Part shown: positions 61,301 through 64,000 of the stretch, in pieces
How positions within the stretch are numbered: the first letter of the stretch is position 1
How the letters are laid out: every line of letters starts with the position of its first letter
Assembly (NCBI GenBank): GCA_002104905.1
Contig: MCFE01000451.1
Coordinates: 1 to 64,000 of the forward strand
DNA length: 64,000 bases
Direction of reading: 5' to 3'
Origin: Basidiobolus meristosporus CBS 931.73
Taxonomy: Eukaryota > Fungi > Basidiobolomycota
The notes under the pieces: generated by a model
The model's database searches: none
What the model was told of the DNA's origin: nothing
The model's input: only the letters and a program-made list of their open reading frames with translations
Program-made: the position numbers and the translations under genes

Positions 61301-62335
61301 CTTAGAGAAGATACGCAAACGGATTAAATACACCGGCCAGTTAACCCATGCAATCCACCAAGTTGCTGTGTTACAACTATTACAGTGGTTTACCATAGGA
61401 TAACTCAGGAACCAGTACAAAGTCCAACTCCAAGAAGCCGAAGAAACCGCCGCAGACTCTGTAGAAACCATGAGGCAAGTACAAAAGCGCCTCAATTGCG
61501 CCACAGTTTCTACAGAAGAACTACAATACGTCTTGGAAGAAGCAAAAACTTGTTGCCAACAACAGGTGACTGCCAACCAAGTGTACGCCCTCTTCAAAAG
61601 GTCCCCCGCCGTTGTATAGAACACAAAAAGGACAATCCCCAACAACGTTTGCAAGATAAAGAAACAAGACTTTATCGCTCTATTGCACCTTTTCTTGTTC
61701 TCCAACCCTCCCAAGGAACATGCCCAGCACGCTATGGTTTGCCAACTATTTGGCTCTGTGGAAAATATCCCTTGAGCAATGCAAGCTGCACCCCACTCTG
61801 CCGCTGAATGGTATCAGGTATTTGCCTGCAACCCCTTTGCACGTGGCAACCAGCAATGGTACTATGGAGACTCCCCATGCTCCATGAGCAAAATTGACCC
61901 TGGAGAAGCAAGTTAGTCAAAAGAACTTTGAGGACAAAGCTCCCTCTTAACCCCCAGGATATGTGAGTACTAGATGCAGTACCCACTCTTTGCCCAAGAG
62001 TTCTCCTGAGAGTCTTACCCAAAGTCCCCCAGTATCCTCCCTATGATTCCCCCACATGCCCTCCCTCCTATCCCTGCCCTTATCTAGTTAGAACACTTAC
62101 CACAACAGGAAGGTGTTCACACCCCTATTTTATAACACATTGTCTATTATCTAAGCCCCTGAGGGATATATATCTACCCAATTGAACCAAGTAAGAGAAC
62201 AAGGAGATTTGGGACAAAATAAACTCAAGTCTTTATTACCTTGCTACCTTCTATCAGAAGCTATTCTGAACCAAGTGGTACTGACTTGACCTACAAGCTC
62301 TCCCACTCACCAAGTTCAGTCAGTAATAACCCACA
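58335..62335 (+). mobile_element. Non-autonomous Ty3/gypsy element (family H, 4,001 bp) lacking PR/RT/RH and carrying an extra 3' ORF
   Basis: 374-bp LTRs at 58335-58708 and 61962-62335, about 15 differences (~96%); perfect TSD GTCAC; PBS-like TGGTGCCA at ~58712; gag at 58750 with CYVCGEVGHWAHKC at 59479; integrase C-terminal half (TYHPQTNRLTERMN, TGFSPY). Confidence 0.92.
60747..61619 (+). pseudogene. Extra ORF of element H (~290 codons) with two premature stops
   Basis: The listed ORFs 60723..61133 and 61158..61403 and an unlisted segment ending in TAG at 61617-61619 share one frame, broken only by TGA 61131 and TAA 61401. Confidence 0.65.
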
Positions 62336-64000
62336 GTCACTATGTGTCCCAGATATTCAACATGTTCCTTGAAGAATTCACACTTGGGTAGCTTGCCATA
62401 AAGCTTGTTCTCTCTTAGCTTCTTCAAGACCTTTTCAATGTGCACCAAGTGATCCTCTTCTGTCTTGCTGTATATCAGTATATCATATAGGTAGAGTATG
62501 ACAAACTTGTCTAAGTACTCCTGGAAGACAGTCTGCATCAGGGTCATGAATGTTGCAGGGGCATTTGTGAGGCCAAAACTCATGACTAAGTACTTGTAAT
62601 GTCCATATCTGGTCCTGAATGCTGTCTTAGGGATGTCTTCTGGCTTCACCCTAATCTGGTTGTATCCCGACATGAGGTCAATCTTGCTGAAAATAGTGGC
62701 TCCATTGAGTTGGCCCAAGAGCGCATCAATCCAGGGTATGGGGTACTTATTCTTCACAGTAACTGGGTTGAGGGCTCTGTAGTCAATGCACATCCTAAGT
62801 GTTCCATCCTTCTTCTTCACAGAAAGTACTGGTGCTCCCCAATGTGACTTGCTGGGTCTGATATATCCTTGCTCCAGTAACTGATCTATTTGTCTCTTCA
62901 TCTCTTCCAACTCCAATGGACTCATTCTGTAAGGTGTTTTACTCACTGGAGGGCTATCTCCTGTTTCAATGGCATGATCCACATCTCTGACTGGTGGTAG
63001 GCTTACAAATTCTTCTGGAAATACGTCTGAATACACCCTCAAAGGAGTCTGGACCTTCTGGGGTACTGGAGTCAAGGAATCCTCCTGTAATACTGCCATG
63101 AGGAACATCTGCGTGCCTTTTCTTAGTGCTCTACAGAACTGTGTCTTGCTAAGCTCACTTGTCTCACACATACTGGAATTGACCAAGCTGAAATCCAGTC
63201 TGGCAGGTAATAGCTCATAGGTCTAGTTGTCCTTCTGGAACTGAGTAGCATGTGTTCACCAGTTGATTGATGGATTACAAGAAAATAGCCAGGTTTTCCC
63301 AAGTACAAGGTCAAACTTGCAGCTCCCAAATATATAGGCCTGTAGATCTTCTTCATAGTCATTGATCTTCATCCCTACTGGCTGAGTAATATGGTTGATT
63401 ATGTGAGAGTTCCCATCAGCTGTTGAGACTGAAGTTGATTTGGTGGGTTCTGAGTTGATTCCAGCTTTCAGAGCATATTGCTCTGACATGTACTCATGCG
63501 ATGCTCCTAAGTCAATCATGATCTTGGCAGGTACTCCATTGATTACTCCATTCAAGTATAGTAGCTTTCCTGAGTTTGAGGTCATCTGGGATAGGTATTC
63601 TTCTGTCATGTGGAAGGTGATTTCTGAGTCTTCTTCAAGTTCATCCTCCATGTTACTATGCTCCATGGCCTCAATATGGTTAAAGACTCTTGATGGCTGG
63701 TGTCCATTTCTTCTCTGAGGGCAATACTTTGCAATATGTTCTTGCTGGTGGCAATTGAAGCAAAGTCCTTTCTTCTCACATTATTCTGTGGTAGGATTCT
63801 TCTGCATAGCGTCTATTTCCATTGGCACTGCTTCTGATTGTCTTCTTTCATAGTGATTGTAGCCTCTCTGATTAGTCATTGTGGGCTTCCCAACTCCAAA
63901 TATGGCTGAGTCATATTCAATAGCAATCTTGATGGCTTCTTCAATAGTCTGAGGTCTTCAATAATTCACTTCTTACAAGTTCTTTCTTTCAACCCATCAA

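Larger units (their letters stand above)
56015..64000 (-). mobile_element. Ty3/gypsy family E, copy 1: end of gag, PR, RT, RH, IN and 3' LTR 56015-56382; runs off the window; interrupted by element H
   Basis: Zinc knuckle near 63725-63770; protease IDLGAS; [13 protein letters not shown]; LGHIVT joins GTGVTLDPEK across the H insertion; RH DASDYAIG; IN AYHPRTNG; PPT AGCAGGGGAGAA. Confidence 0.92.

Overview
Eukaryotic DNA, probably from an early-diverging fungus. This is inferred from short GT-AG introns, a retained minor-spliceosome gene and fungal-type chromoviruses. The window has two sharply different compartments. (1) 1-~17.3 kb is CpG-rich genic DNA. It holds DPH1 (9 exons), a U11/U12 25K (SNRNP25) ortholog (3 exons), homogentisate 1,2-dioxygenase (3 exons), two small secreted-protein candidates and two short disordered ORFs flanking DPH1. 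(2) ~17.4-64 kb is a CpG-depleted nest of decayed transposons: two Ty1/copia families, three Ty3/gypsy families, a CCC-terminated CACTA DNA transposon family and solo LTRs, stacked several layers deep. Best candidates for undescribed biology: (a) the two ORFs flanking DPH1 share three ordered short motifs (RK(C)SSL, [DE][LF]WVP, YISFPx[VF]D), suggesting an unannotated motif-based protein family; (b) a non-autonomous gypsy element carries an extra ~290-codon ORF in the env position, with no transmembrane segment; (c) one gypsy family appears to self-prime (Tf1-like); (d) the CACTA family carries an accessory gene transcribed divergently from its transposase. All coordinates, splice models and identities were read by eye; no database searches were run.
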